64,000 bases of DNA. Origin: Octopus vulgaris (taxonomy: Eukaryota). Under the pieces are notes generated by a model that saw nothing but the letters and a program-made list of their open reading frames with translations, did no database searches and was not told the origin of the DNA. The DNA lies in NCBI GenBank assembly GCA_951406725.2, contig OX597815.1, positions 96,658,001 to 96,722,000 on the forward strand. The letters run 5' to 3'. Positions 29,080 through 44,175 of the stretch are shown here, in pieces; the first letter of the stretch is position 1, and every line of letters begins with the position of its first letter. Both the position numbers and the translations under genes were made by a program.

Positions 29080-29154
29080 GATTTAAATACGGGAGTTATC
29101 CTGTTTTCGCTGTTTGTAAAGACAGTGAAAACGCAAAACTCCCCTATTTAGGTC
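29080..29154 (+). other. 75 nt imperfect hairpin with G-U wobbles
   Basis: GATTTAAATACGGGAGTT/AACTCCCCTATTTAGGTC and TTTTCGCTGTT/GACAGTGAAAA, with loop TGTAAA. Confidence 0.7.
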
Positions 29155-30689
29155 ATATAATTTTTGTATTTTTTGTATTCCATGTAAATCTGTTCTACAC
29201 TGATTTATTTTAACCTTGATGTTAACTTAGACTGCTAACCCAGTGATAGTTATGTGTTAATATTGTCAAGTGTTGTAATTAATGTAAGATAAACGATTCC
29301 GTGAGTGCGTCAGTATTTCCTTGGGCGTTATTTATATAGATTTCGAAAATGTTAATTTGGTTAAGAAGCGTGAGATGCCTGGATATGAAGTGTAACATTC
29401 CTTGCTGAAAGGGACGTTTAGATAGGAATAGCGACACTTAACTTTGCGTTCATCACTAAGCGTCTCATACTTGCATATTTAGAGTAAGTGCCGTCTTACA
29501 CCAGATAAGATATTCCTGGATATATTACTAATCTATGGGGATTGCTTTCCTGTTTAGAAATATTCTATCCTGTAGATTGATAGTAATGTCATCGATTCAA
29601 GCTAGCTACTAATGAGTACCCTGTATATATATTTGTAGGCAACTCTTTTAACAATGTGTCTGCCCAATGATAGGTTAAATATTAGTATATTTTTACAGGA
29701 TTCCAAGTACACAAGTATTATTCTAATTTATATGATTCCGTTGTTATATTAGCGTTATATTCGATTAAAGTCTAATGCAATATCTACAAAGTTATACGTT
29801 GTTAGATTACTACTAATTGTTATATTTCAAAAGGAAAAATAATCCATGAATAGGTTTACCAACTCATATCTTTATCATTCCGTGCTATCCCCTTTCGGTT
29901 GCTGGATATCATTTTTGCACAATCCTCTGCTATTACAGAATTTTTCATAATTTCACCGAGAAAAAAAGAGAAAACACACAAAGAAAACTCACGTTAATTC
30001 ATTCCTGTATACAAATATCAATGTGTTTGCATTCTTGTATATAAAAAAAGCAACAATTAATATTCGACAATAATTACAAAAACAGACTGTATGTAGCACT
30101 CAATAAAATATTTTCTGTAATATTTAAAGTAATAATTTCCTAGTAGTATTCATTCATGTTTGCGGGATAAACGAACTCACTTGAAAACGGAAAATCTAGA
30201 TATGATAAATAAGTATCTAAACATCCTATTTAAATATCCTATTTGAAAACTAAAATGAAATGTGTATGTTTAGCAAATATTAAAATGATTTACTGCATAC
30301 AAACTACACGATATTCATAACATTACTAGTGTATATTCTGAAGCAACATTTGAATCTGATGGGAAATATTCTGCTATATTGTATCGTTATATAATCTTAT
30401 TATTCTAGTGGTTCAAAGAAAACAAGCAAGGATTTATCTTTCACCACTGTCATATTTTTGACTTGAATATTTGTATGTGTCATATACACTAACATCTCGT
30501 CACCTATTCGTAGTTGTAAAGCTTTTACTAGATTGCTGAAAGTTGAATATAATATCTGTCAAGGGAACTTTAAAAAGATGTGAATTATGTATAGCACCAG
30601 ACATTGTGTAGAATTACTAGGCTTTAGTTACAATTATGTTCGATATTCTGCTTGGTATAAAACTTTCGAAATTGCTGACCTTTTATTTT

Positions 30690-31083
30690 TTCCTACATAC
30701 AACTGCATGCACATCTGCAGCGGTTTTCTCAGTTCTGCTGGTTGCGGGTCTCTCAGAACATTGGTGAATATCGACGATTTTTCGGCCATCTTGGAAACAT
30801 CTGAAACGCTAATACACTTCTGCGCGGCTCATGCACTCCCTTCCATAGACTTTCTGCTATCTTGCGTACGCTTCTGAGAAGGTATCACAATGACATCTTT
30901 CTCTGCCATGATAAATGTGATTATCACACGCTACACACCGCCCACGTCTTCTGTAAACAGCAGAAGTGAAGACATTAAAATATAGTGCACATTTACAACA
31001 GTGTGGAAGGTCAATCTTTGCCAAGCGGCTTATTCTGCAATTTTAGTTTCGTTATTATAATCTTCATATTTAGGCCTCGTATA
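30690..31083 (-). mobile_element. Decayed mariner 5' fragment (N-terminal HTH)
   Basis: The minus strand begins TATACGAGG (mariner end) and encodes EAYAR*QKVYGRECMSRAEVY*RFRCFQDGR...SERPATSRT. Confidence 0.75.
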
Positions 31084-31352
31084 TCTCGAGTCATAGTGAA
31101 ATTGCAAAATGATTATGTGGCACAAAATTATATTAAAGTCAATTTGATAATGTAGACCTACGTTTATCAAAATCATATGCGCATGCTAGGAATAAATGAA
31201 AGATTCTACGGTATACTAGCGCCGAGAGTATAACAAATAGCTACGACGTCGAATGCTCTATTACACAGAGTACCATAGATTGTGGCTCCTGTGCAGGTAC
31301 ATATTCATAAGCGAGTTCGGAGTTTCGGTCAGCTAAACCATGATCACAAGTT

Positions 31353-31560
31353 GCGTCTGTGTTTGTCCCTACCAACATTGCTTGAAAACCGATGCTAGTG
31401 TGTTTACGTCTCCGTAACTTAGCGGTTAGGTAAAAAGAGACCGATAGAATAAGTACCAGGCTTACAAAGAATAAGCTCTGGGGTCGATTTGCTAGACTAA
31501 AGGCGGTGATCCAGCATGGCCGCAATCAAATGACTGAAACAAGTAATGGAGAAAAAGAGT
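31353..31560 (+). mobile_element. SINE family A, 3' half
   Basis: Matches 19065-19265. Confidence 0.85.
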
Positions 31561-31599
31561 AGAGACACAGACAGATAGGTAGTTAAATAAATATACGAA

Positions 31600-32008
<409 letters not shown>

Positions 32009-32620
32009 TCAGTCTAATTTTGATGTTCTTCATGTTGTTTGTCCCTTTTCTCTATTTCATTCTTTCGTTGTTCGGGAAAAAAAAAAACGTTTGTTTTCCA
32101 TGTTTTTGTATTTTATTTTCTCGTTTCTCATTTTGTTCACGTTTTTTAACTTCCTGTACCCATATAGTCATGTATATATACATATATATGTAGTTATGCA
32201 CATATATGTATCTATATATGCATATATATATATATTATTTATACACACACACTGAGGGAGGCGGAGTGTGTTTGCAAATGAAATGATATTCTATGAATTA
32301 GAAACGGAAGATCCTTCTTACTTCGCGCAAAATTAAATTTTGTTAAACAGTCAACAAGGGATGTTATCAAACGTATTCATAAACACATCGAAATATGATT
32401 GGTCATTGAGATGTATTGGTTAACAAAGGAAGATTGTCACAAATTCAGCAATTCAATTTCTATTAGTAAAATACGTGTCAGTGATTTCATCGGCAAAATC
32501 TCTGACGTTTTCCTTGCCTTTATTGCCGGCACTAAATTGTTATCCAAAAATATATGGAGTTTAAATGAAAATTAATATAAAACCCTAACCCTAACCCTCT
32601 TCATATTTAATGCTCCATAT

Positions 32621-32683
32621 TGTGCCTCGGAGGAATATTAAATCCCAATTTGTGTCTCCGAGGAATATTAAATCCCAATTTGT
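32621..32683. repeat. 30 bp tandem duplication, downstream of (CCCTAA)x3 at 32581-32598
   Basis: TGTG(C/T)CTC(G/C)GAGGAATATTAAATCCCAATT occurs twice. Confidence 0.85.
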
Positions 32684-32796
32684 ATTAGGAAACAAATACC
32701 AAAATCTGTGCTTATTTTAACATTAATCCATAGCCAGGCATGTGTCTAAATTACTACTGAAAAAGCAGAGTAATTTTTCAATGAGATTCATCTCGT

Positions 32797-33035
<239 letters not shown>

Positions 33036-33112
33036 CCGAAGAGGAAAAAGAAAAAGAGGTTAAAGCAGAAGAAGAAAGAATAACTGTGTCTTAATTTGCA
33101 AGTGTGTGTGTG

Positions 33113-33149
<37 letters not shown>

Positions 33150-36084
33150 GCATCCACATGCTTGTATTTGTATGCCTGATATGTTTCTGCGTTATATATT
33201 TATATAATAATTAACTGTCTGCGCAATGACTGCGAAGTGTTAAACGAGAACTATGAACCTCACTTGAATTCTATTAATTAGAATCTGTTGTTGCCTAGTG
33301 AAAAGTATTCACCGAAATTCATAAATATGTATCGGCATCTGTACATTTAGCTACTCATTAATTACTGATCGTATTCATTTTGCTTTACAATAACATGCTT
33401 ATCTGTATTCTCACAGTCTCTTCTTTAACCAGCCTTTGTATATTTCAACATATCTTCCTACCTTTCAGTTTTTATCTCTCTTCCCCTCGTTGGGATAGTC
33501 TTAGTATCTCTTATTTTCTCTTTCTGCCTTAAGCGTTATTATACATATTTATTTTATATGCCCTTTAGCATTTACGCGTCTTAAATTTTTAACCTAAAAT
33601 TCACCTGCTACAAATGTATGGGCCTGAAAAATTTCCGTTATTTCTCATGTGAGAATGTTTTATCTTCGACACCAAATTTATCTATTTACCTTTAGATAAC
33701 TTCTCCACTCCATATCAAATTACATTATCAACAATATGAAACATTTCCCACATGTGATCTAAACAGTTACAGAACGAATCACTGCACGATGGTGGACCCT
33801 GTATGTCGATTGCACAGCGACGTAATGCTCTCTCCTCTTTAGGAAACTATATCTCGATGTTTTTCTCTCCCAGAATTTTGATTGGAAAAAAACAAGTTAA
33901 ATATCAACAGCAATGAATTCACTAGTCTTCAAGGACTGGAAACTAACTTTGTCTTTGTACGATCTTACTATCCATATTATGTTGGCGCATATATACACAT
34001 TTTGAATAGGCATGTCATTTACAAATCTTAGGTGCGCTGAACATCTTTCAGACATTGGTAAGAACTTTATTGCCATTCTATATATTTACTCAGGTATATA
34101 GATGTAAATTCCTATTTTCATTCTTGCATGTTTTATCGTACACAATCCATCATTCAAAGTTAAAATCGAACATACGTTCTTTTTTCCCCATTGAACTATT
34201 AATCTATTCATTGCATTGCATTAAATTCATTTCTGCATTTCTTTGTTTTCTAACGGCGTATTTTCCAATGCATTTCACTACTCGTTTGCAGATTTCCAGT
34301 GAAAGGAGACTTTCTGATCTCAAACTTTTAGGTATTCATTTTATGTAACAGAGAAGTTGTACAAATATTTTAATTAAATAAAGATCATTTTAAGCTGACA
34401 ACCTTCCAGTATTATACAGGTCGGGCAGAACCAGTTGATTAACTTGATATTTAAAGCTGGTACAATCAGACCAGAATAAATGGTAAATTTATCCTTGAAG
34501 GCGTTTAAGTTGAGAAGCATGCAACTAGTTAAAAGTATCTTTGAATGTATCCTCTAAAGTTGGTTGTATTTATTGTAATGATCTGAAAAGGACTAATTGT
34601 AAAGTTCACAACGTGGCTATTTCAACACAAAACATGATCTCATATTTCTATATCAGAAAGAGGAAGTGCATACACTTCACTAGTGTATAGACGTTGAGAT
34701 TAGATGCGGCTCGGGAAAATAACTAAACGGGGAAATAAAAGCTGACTAGTCAGTCACTGCAATAAGAATCATGGCAAGTGTCAGCTGGTATTACTACACC
34801 GGGTGACAGAAATAACCGAGTCCCCGCCTTCCACCGAGCAAGATACCGCAAAACTTTCAGTTGAATATTCAATCATTTTGGCCTCTCCCTTGTGCTTTTA
34901 ATAAAATATAAGTTTCGACCCCCCGCCTCAAAAAAAAAAAAGAATTGTTCGGAATAACTTTTATATTTCATATGAACGTTAAGTGACTGGAATTGCTAAA
35001 GTATTTACGAATATATGACGCATCTTATGCCTTCGAAATGAATCACAGTATAAATTTCCTCACTGCTGTATGATTTAGCTCTGATCGACTCATAATTTGA
35101 AGTTTTCTGATCAAAGACATCCAGCTCATATTCTTTCGTTTATCAAGTACTGTATTTCTAAACTGCTCTTTCTGGTTTCATTAAGAAGGTATGATGTAGT
35201 AGATTTGGCTGCTATTTCTAGGATATCAATTGACCATTTAGTATGTAATATAGTTTTTTGTCTGTGGTAATGTTTTAAAATCATTATCATATGTGATTAA
35301 TAGCTTCGCTCTTGTCATGCGGTATGAATAACAATTACGTGGCTCTAGACGAGATTGCATGAATATTATTGAATAATATTGTTAAAATCTAAATGAATAG
35401 ATTTTGAAGGGGGAAACAAATGAACGCTGAGGACCCCAGAATCAAGGAAGCCTTAAATGAAAATGTAAGATAATTTTCACTCTGTTATGCAAGTTATGAT
35501 AAAAATACAATAAGAAGAAATGAGAAATAAAGATTCATATCTAGTGATGGGATTCACAATATTGGTCAAAGTAAACAGGTGCCTTGCCCAAGCTAAGATA
35601 TGCATTTAATAAATGGTCGTTTTAGCGACAGAATTAAATCAGGAAACAACAACTTGATGGATAATAATTACATGGGCATTTCTTTAATTAATATAAGCTG
35701 CAAAATCTTGATAAATTTAATTGAAAATAGTCTGCACTTAATGCTTTGAACATAGCTAAAATTTAATCAGCATTTGAAAGCTCATATATAGTGGCAGCAT
35801 CTGTGTAAAAGAAACTGTATGGAGGTTTACAATATAAATATTCCTGCAGTAGTGAATAGATGCACTTCGTTCCTGAAAAATGTGTCAGTTTATTTCCGTT
35901 AGGTTTGTTCATTATTTGGATATACTTCAAACTAATGCTAGTAGTAATTTAATGAACATGAAAAAACAAGAGCCAATTTTATTAAACAAGCGACGAAGTA
36001 ACAAAAGCAAAAGAAATCATTCTCAAATAATTTCCTTCAATACATATATGTCTAGATAGATAGACAGACAGACAGGCAGATAGT

Positions 36085-36172
<88 letters not shown>

Positions 36173-36611
36173 CAGAAAGAGAGAGACAGACATACAGAGC
36201 GTGAGCGAGAAGGGAAGCGGGAGAGAGAGAGACAGACAAAGAGAGCGATGTCGCTTAGATCATGACTGTTCAATAACCAAAGAATTTCATGTTAACAACA
36301 TAAGTAACCAAGAATCAGAGATTGAAAATCAATATGTACAGAAACTTAATTAATGAGCTACTTTGAATGTGTTATTTAAATACTGCTAATATATTCAGCT
36401 GATAAATTCAATAATTTCATATATCCCGATCCACACCGAAGAAATACTGCTAGATGTAGCCTGATTTTTATGTGATATTGATGAAAGCATGAACAATTTA
36501 GGTCGTAAATACATATAATTATCATTGAATACTAGATATATTGATAAAGTGAAAAAGGTGTACGCCTGAAAATGAGTATGTGCATTTTATATATACATAT
36601 ATTCGTGTATT

Positions 36612-36947
36612 GTGAAGGCGCATGGCTTAGTGGTTACAGCGTCGAGCTTACGATCGTGAGGTTGTGAGTTCGCTTCCTGGACGGGTTTGTGTGTTGTATT
36701 CTTGAGCAAGACACTTTATTTCGCGTTGCTTCAGTTAACTCAGCTGTAGAAATGAGTTGCGACATCACTGGTGCTAAGCTGTATCGGCCTTTACCTTTCC
36801 CTTGGATAACATCAGTGGTGTGAAGAGGGGAGGCTGGTATAGATGGGCGACTGCTGGCGTTCCACAAACAACTTTGCCTGGACTTGTGCTCCGGTGGGTA
36901 ATTTTCTAGGTGCAATCTCATGGTCATTCATGACCGAAGGGGGTCTC
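36612..36947 (+). mobile_element. SINE family C, tRNA-derived
   Basis: A box TGGCTTAGTGG, B box GAGTTCGCTTCC, CORE-like TTGAGCAAGACACTTTA, and 3' hairpin GGTCATTCATGACC. Confidence 0.8.
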
Positions 36948-38101
36948 CTCATATTTGTGTAAATCTTTATGTGTATATACTTAAAGCTACATATGTGTAT
37001 TTTTGCAGACGTGCACATACACATGAGTAGAAATACAGAAAATGGACAAATACTAAGCACAAAGATAGATATATAGGTAGATAGAAATAGAAAGCAAGAG
37101 GGAGAGAGAGAGATAGATTAAGGCAGGAGTTCTTCTATAAGTAATGTGTTATACTACAAAACATCATGCCATTTATATGTGTAAATGGAATACAACCTGG
37201 GAATTGAAATTAATATATTCTATTGAATATTCATTTTGCAGTTTTGGACACTTGGGGTGTGTTCAGGGGAATAAGTGAGTTAAAGAATTATATTAGCACT
37301 TTTAGGATTTAGTCGGATCTCGCAAGTACTTAATAAGACAATGACTCAGCTCGTTTTGTATTACAATTTCGTTGGAGAGCATACCGAGTAGGAATAAAGA
37401 CAACTTAAAGTTATATCTGGGTACTAATTGTGGGACATTTTGATATTTTGGTAGGCACATTCAGAGATAGACACGTGGTGGAGGATTCGGTGAATTGGCG
37501 TCACATAATCAGTGATATGGCAGTTTTCCGAATAAAGTTACGTGAGTTATTGACATATCGCATGAACTAAGCCGTCTCGCGTTGCCAACTTGTAAAGTGA
37601 CTTGCGCTTCAATTCATATATCAAACAAAGCATCGTTTTTTAAATTTATTCTGGATTATAGGCGGAAAATAATCTCGATATATATGCAAACAAGAATTGA
37701 ATAGCGTTCACTTGTACATGGTTCGAGTTATGCTAAGGTGGGTATTTAGAGTTAACATCGGGAAGTGATGTGAGACTCATTCTCAATACCTAACTGTTTT
37801 AGAAAAATAAATTCGGTCAGTTTTCTAGAGAAGGCAGAGTGTTGCATTTTATGCACTATCTTCCGGAGTTATTATTGAAAATTGACAAACGCAAGAAAAT
37901 TGTGGAAGTGCCCAGTCAAGGACTCCATGGTATTTGGGAGGCATGTCGTTTCCTTGATTCTGTAGCACCCTAATGTTGCGTGACTGGGAAGAGAAGTTTC
38001 TCTTGAGACTATATCAGAACGATTACGTGTTGTGGTTTGCATACTTTCCTTTAACATAATTGACTGTTATGACTCTGTTGCATCGCGTGATATCAGCGCA
38101 T

Positions 38102-38142
38102 AATGTGGCATGGAAGATCTATAAGATCCTCCATGCCACATT
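38102..38142. other. 19 bp near-perfect hairpin with a 3 nt loop
   Basis: AATGTGGCATGGAAGATCT-ATA-AGATCCTCCATGCCACATT, 1 mismatch. Confidence 0.9.
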
Positions 38143-40410
38143 GAAAGATAAAACAACTCATCGTTAAAACCATTCCTCACTTGTGTCTTGTTATAAGTTA
38201 GAAGCATGTTGATAACCTCTATGATACGCCGTAGAAATATGGAATATTTTGTTATTATTGTCTGTGCCTAAGTGTCACATTATACTAGTCTTTCTTCAGA
38301 TGAATTTCTTATGCAACTTCTAGACGTGAGTGACATTCAGGAATTCAATTCATGTTGGTTTTTAAAGGCTTTATATACGATGAATCCATTGAAGATATGT
38401 CAAATGAAAGGAATGGCAACAGTTGATCTAGTTAGTGTGCAGAGCTCACCTTTATAAAATCGCAGCTTACCGTTGCTGGGTTGGACATCGATCAATTCCT
38501 GTTACTCCGTTTAGTGAGGTAAAAAGGAGCCAGAGGTGTGTTGATGCCCTCTCTCTCCAGTATTACAGCACTTTTCAGGCCTTCTAACCAGTTCATATGC
38601 AAGCGGGTGGGGTAAAAGATATTAAAATGTGGCCACGATCCAACTAAAAAGTTAGGGAAACATACGTATCTGTCTTTGTATGTATATGTATGTATGTATG
38701 TGTGCGTGAGTGTCTGTGCATGCGTGCGTGTGGGTTTGTTTCTGTGTGTGTGTTGTGTGCGTATGTATTATGTATGTGTGCGTGTGTGTACGTGCGTGCA
38801 TGTCTGTGTTTCTGTGTGTGTGTGTGTGTGTGCTTTTGTGTGCATATATATATATGCATAAGTGGGTTTATGTGTGGGTGTTTGGACGTAAAATTCGAGG
38901 AAAACAATACTCTAGACTATACTTTGTTTCTTATAAAATGTAATTTTATTTCAATACTTCTAGAAATCTTTTTATTCAGGTTTTTTTATTAAATAACCTT
39001 GAACAATTTTTGTATGCTTAATATAATAAGATAGCTATGTCAAGCTTGCGAAAAAATGTAGATATACGAATTGACTTGTGTTTATTTCATGTTTCCACAC
39101 GTAAGAAATAATACATGTACTATTGCTTTTGATGCATTCAAGAATTGTGACAATGGATCAATACATTCCAACCTGTTCTCTTATACAAACGTGTTTCTAT
39201 TTTGTTAGCTTGTGTGTTGCATGTACTTTTCTATACTTCACAACACGTCAATCTTCAGACATGAGCCAAATATTAATTTGATGCATATGTTATCAAACAT
39301 GAGGAAATATATAAAATATTCTAACGTGCTGGAATTGAATATGCTTACAAATATTGTTTTAACTCTTTTATTATATTCCACTGTCTTTTAAGTAATGTTT
39401 TAATTGCCATTTTTGAACTTACATATACCACAGGCATACAGTCTCAGACAACTACCCAACGGATTTAGATTGAAGGAAAAATGGTATTTTTGATGTCATA
39501 GATGTATAACAGTACATGCCAAGAATTTATATATTTCCTTACACTAATAACGATTTTATATAGTGAGACTTTGTAAAACTTCGAATTTATTGCATGTATT
39601 TTACGTCCATTAACTTGTCAGTCTCAGAAGTATGGAAGACAATTTAAAACTAAGGCAATATCATCCCTTAAATCAACCAAATGTTGAGGGAGTAACTAAA
39701 TCTATTAAAACGTGTAGATTGTTGCTCCAAGTCTCCCTGAAAACCCCAGTTCTTTATTATATTGTCATTAACTGCAATCATTTCTCGGTTTCTATAAGGT
39801 TGAGCATTTTATGATAATAGTCGGACAGTAACCCTCCACACACAAATGAAGTTATACATAAGTGGCCTGTGAATTTGGTTCGGCAACGGTTATCTTCTAC
39901 AATTCTTTTTAGTTAGGTTGCCACTAGGAAATCATTCAGTCCATTTATTCACGTATACTACATTCGCAAAAGGTTCCCAGCATTTCTTACCTAAGACTTG
40001 CAGATTTTATAAAAAATAGTATTTGAGTATTACTTGCTATCTTTGCAGCAATAAAGAAATTAGCAGTATCGTTTAGAGAATGGTATCGAAATCAAACGAA
40101 GAATTACAATCTAATTTATTACACATATTTTGAAACTAAGTCACTTCAACCTTAGTATTCTTTTCTATACATGAAAATATTACATATTCTCAAACTTTCA
40201 TGCACAAATATATTTTGCTTACTTACATACATATCAATCCCTTCTAACTGGAACTCTATTCAAATGTACGAATTTGAATAGAAATACAGGTACTAGTAGG
40301 TTGAAGAGCAGGGAAATTTTAATTTAGAACTATAGTCAAAAAACACCCACTCTATTAATTATATATCACCCCTGAGTAATATATTCTATATCACATGCAA
40401 CTGATTAATA

Positions 40411-40607
40411 TTGATTTCAAATTTTGGCACAAGTCCAGCAATTTCGGGTGAGGGAACAATTTGATTACATCCAACGCCAGTGCTCAACGGGTACTTTTTT
40501 ATCGACACGGAAAGTCGACCTCGGCGGAATTTGAACTCATAACGCAAATACGGACGAAATGCTACAAAGCATTTGATGGGCGTACTAACGATCCTGCCAC
40601 CTCACTG
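40411..40607 (-). mobile_element. SINE family B
   Basis: AAAGTCGACCTCGGCGGAATTTGAACTC, shared with the 61383-61604 copy. Confidence 0.8.
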
Positions 40608-40770
40608 TGTTACAGTTGATTACAGTTTATGAGTTACAATGGTGACAGATTTCTACCACGGAAATTGATACGTTTCAAATTCTCTCTTCGAATATATATT
40701 CCAGGTGAACTTGAAAATCTTTATGCAACAATTAAACCAGACAAGAGAAAAACCTTCAAAACTTATTTCT

Positions 40771-41195
40771 GCTGTGTGGTAAGTAGCTTGTTTACCAAAC
40801 ACATGGTTTCGCGTTCAGTCCCACTGCGTGGAAACTTGGGCAAGTGTCTTCTACTATGCCGACGGAAGCCTTGTGTGTGGATTTGGTAAACGGAAAGTGA
40901 AAAAGCCCGTCGTATATATATGTATGTGTGTGTGTGAGTATGTTTCTGTGTCTGTGTCTGTGTGTGCGTGTGTGTGTATATGTGTGTATATCTGTTGGTG
41001 TATGTGCGTTTATTCCCCACAATATTGCTTGACAGCCGATGGTGGTGTGTGTACGACCATGTAAGTTAGCGGTTCGACAAAAGAGACTGGTAGAATAAGT
41101 ACTAGGCTTACAAGAAATAAGTCCTGGGGTCGATTAGCTGGACTAAAGGCGGTGCTCCATCATGGCCGCTGTCAAGTAAAAGTGTAAAAGAGTAA
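40771..41195 (+). mobile_element. SINE family A, near full length
   Basis: Colinear with 18821-19277. Confidence 0.88.
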
Positions 41196-43330
41196 CCTGT
41201 AAATAATCACTACGTAGTTCCTCTGAGAAGAAAATTACAGCATGCCCTGTCTTCATTGGTAACTATACTGGAGAACCTAGTTAAACCATTTTTAATTTTG
41301 AAATTGTGTTGTTTGTTTTGACAGGATGAAATTATTTTCTTTGCATATCTGAACATAAACCAGGACAAAATATGAAATAATGACGTTATTTCGTGAGACT
41401 GCAATCACAAATTATGGTTGCAACCAATTTAAGAATAGTTGTTATATAGAAATACTTAGTGCTTTGTTATTTGTTGCGATACATAATCTTCTACGATCCT
41501 TAATTATATAAGCATACTCTTGTTTGTAACTTGAAATACTCACACACATACGCACAAACACATACATACGCACACACCCATATTGATGCATATGTACATA
41601 TATGTATGTGTGTGTGTGTGTGTCCTTGAGTGCATGCGCGCGATTCTGTGTGTGAGTGGGTGTGTAAGTGAAAGCCATTTTACAATGCAGAATCAAGATC
41701 TAGATAATTGCATTGAATATTTGGCGCTTATAATAAATTTCAATACTGAATTGAAATGTATCGGCTTTTGTCGTTACATGATTTCACTCAATTACCTATA
41801 TTTTCGTTATATTCTTGAAACTTAATAAGATATTTTTTATATTTTTAATATAACGATGTATACATATATATGATCAGTTTTATAAATTAAATTGAAATTA
41901 TTCTAACTTTGTGAATACCGCATGGGAACTCATTCATAGCTCTGTGGTAAAATAATTCGCCTTCCATCCACTTGGAACCCAACTCATTTGCACTAGCAAG
42001 TGTTTTCTTCGATAGAGTTGGAGGATAACTAATATACTGTGAATAGAATTAAATCAACAGAGATCTTGTGAAGTACATACACATTCATGTATATGTGTGT
42101 GTTTTCTGTGAGTGAGTATTTGCATGTGTGAGTGTGCATGTTTATGAGTTCATATGTGTTCACGAGTGTGTGCGCGGGCACGATTTCTTATGCATGAATG
42201 TATGTGTGTGTCGCTGTATAATATAAGAACTGATGGTAAAGCCGAAAATGTTATCTAAATGTTATGTAGTATTTCTCGAAATGACCTCACTACTCGTACT
42301 GAAGTTTACATATATATAATTTTCTTATGACCTCTGCACGGTCAACTGATTTGCTCTTCGTTGAATGATCATCCCCAGCAGATAATGTAAGCCTGTATAT
42401 ATTAGGTTCGAATAAAATATAAAACGGTTGTAAACAGTAATCTTTTCTATGCTGGATCAGAAGTAATTTTGTGTCAAACAACCACTTATTACACATTGTA
42501 TATTGAAGTCCCGTGATCGATTGTATCGCGTGGAAGTTTTGGAAGGTTCGTTTACTATTGATCCGAAACAATCAAACGTTGCGTACGAAACCGGTTCGAT
42601 AGAAACAGTTTAAGTGTTGTGCAGATAGATTTTACCATCAAATAACAGTCTTGACAGAGACGAGCATGTTAATTATCAATGAGGTCTGCTGCACAGTAAA
42701 TCGTTTATAGAATATGCTGCCGCTCGCATGCTAACTGAACGACTAGGTCATTAAGGTCAGACATTCACCCTTGAAACTCACGAGTATCCATTTACAACTG
42801 TTTTTCTGCTTAACATTTTTTTCATAAATTGAACATCAAAGGAATTTCTAAATTTTATTTCAGAATTGTTAATTGTTATCTGTGGATTTCATTCTATTTC
42901 ATTATATTTACAATAAATTATGTTTTCTTTTGATAAGTATTCCCATTTGCGTATATTTGCCACATTCTGCAGAAATTCCATGTCCATCCAGTATAGATTT
43001 TCAATAATTATTTGCTTTATTTCCTTGTGTAATTCCGTTTCCTCTAATTCTTTCTTTTTACTTTTTTCTTTTATGACTTTCATATATTACTCATTTTATC
43101 TTGAAGTTTTTCTTTAATTTTTGCTTAACATATTTATATTTATTAATGATCAGATATTTAATGGATAATTCTGATTGAAGAAGAATTGCAATGCGAGAGG
43201 TTTTTTAAAAAATCAATAAAACTGAATATTTATTTAATTTTGACTCATTTATTTTCAAATGTTGTCAGAAAAACATGTGATGCAATATTTCCGACCTATT
43301 TCACTTCTCTCATTCTCTCTTTCTCTCTCT

Positions 43331-43380
<50 letters not shown>

Positions 43381-43386
43381 CAACAA

Positions 43387-43547
43387 GGATTTCCTGATGA
43401 AACACTAATTGTGATATCTCTAATTCCAAAGGTATTTTATATTTAATTGGAAATTTTAATTTCAATAACGTTAACCAATTCCAAGTTCTAAAAAAATAAA
43501 TTAATTAGCGTTTATTAGCGGTGCAGAAATTTAAGAGAATAAAATCC
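43387..43547 (+). other. Degenerate hammerhead-like relic next to (TA)n
   Basis: GGATTT..CTGATGA(43394-400)...GAAA(43526-29)TTTA...AAATCC, with AAACACTAATT/AATTAGCGTTT pairing and an internal AATTGGAA/TTCCAA inverted repeat. Confidence 0.4.
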
Positions 43548-43979
43548 ATTACATTTTAAATCCTCTATATGAAAATGATAGCATCTATCCTCAAAATGCG
43601 GAGACACTGCATACAAATAAAATTTAACACTGAACATTCGATGTGGCCTTATTTTTTTTTTTAGAAAAAGAGAACATTTACATGCTTCTTCTACTATTCA
43701 TAACATTCGGATGTAAATCAAAATCCACTTCTGCATCTTTTATTTGAAGATTTGAAATATATGATCCTGGAATTAGTCTCGCGATCATCATTGTTGTGTT
43801 GAGTGGAGGATTAGTTATCATTTCATTAATCATTGCATACTTGACAGAATCCATCTCACGTTTGGCACTCGGCTACTTTCGGCAGAGCAGTTTTCAGGTC
43901 TGAGGATAATCAAACCGTCATTTATTCTTCCATTTCTCTCTCTAACTTCAGCTGTTATCCATATAATTTATAGTGACTG

Positions 43980-44175
43980 CACTCTTTCCTTCCATAATAA
44001 GTGATAAAATATTGAAAATTAGTAATCGAGTTTCGGTCATAACAATTAACTTGTTTTCATTAACAAATATATCAACGAACTTTAACAAACTGATTTTTCA
44101 ATGCTTAGATTTAGAAGCCAAGCTATACAAGAGTAAAGATAGGATGCTAAACTTTTCCTTTTCTTGGCTGATGGC
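43980..44175 (-). mobile_element. Possible LINE apurinic-endonuclease N-terminal remnant
   Basis: FSILSLLLYSLASK..*..FVDIFVNENKLIVMTETRL resembles the APE motif I/II pattern (LNIxSL...xxTETWL). Confidence 0.35.

Noticed and set aside
32581-32598. (CCCTAA)x3 telomeric repeat
   Set aside because: Too short to indicate a telomere or fusion site.
36612-36690. tRNA gene
   Set aside because: A and B boxes are present, but the sequence continues into a SINE body and has no clean cloverleaf or terminator.
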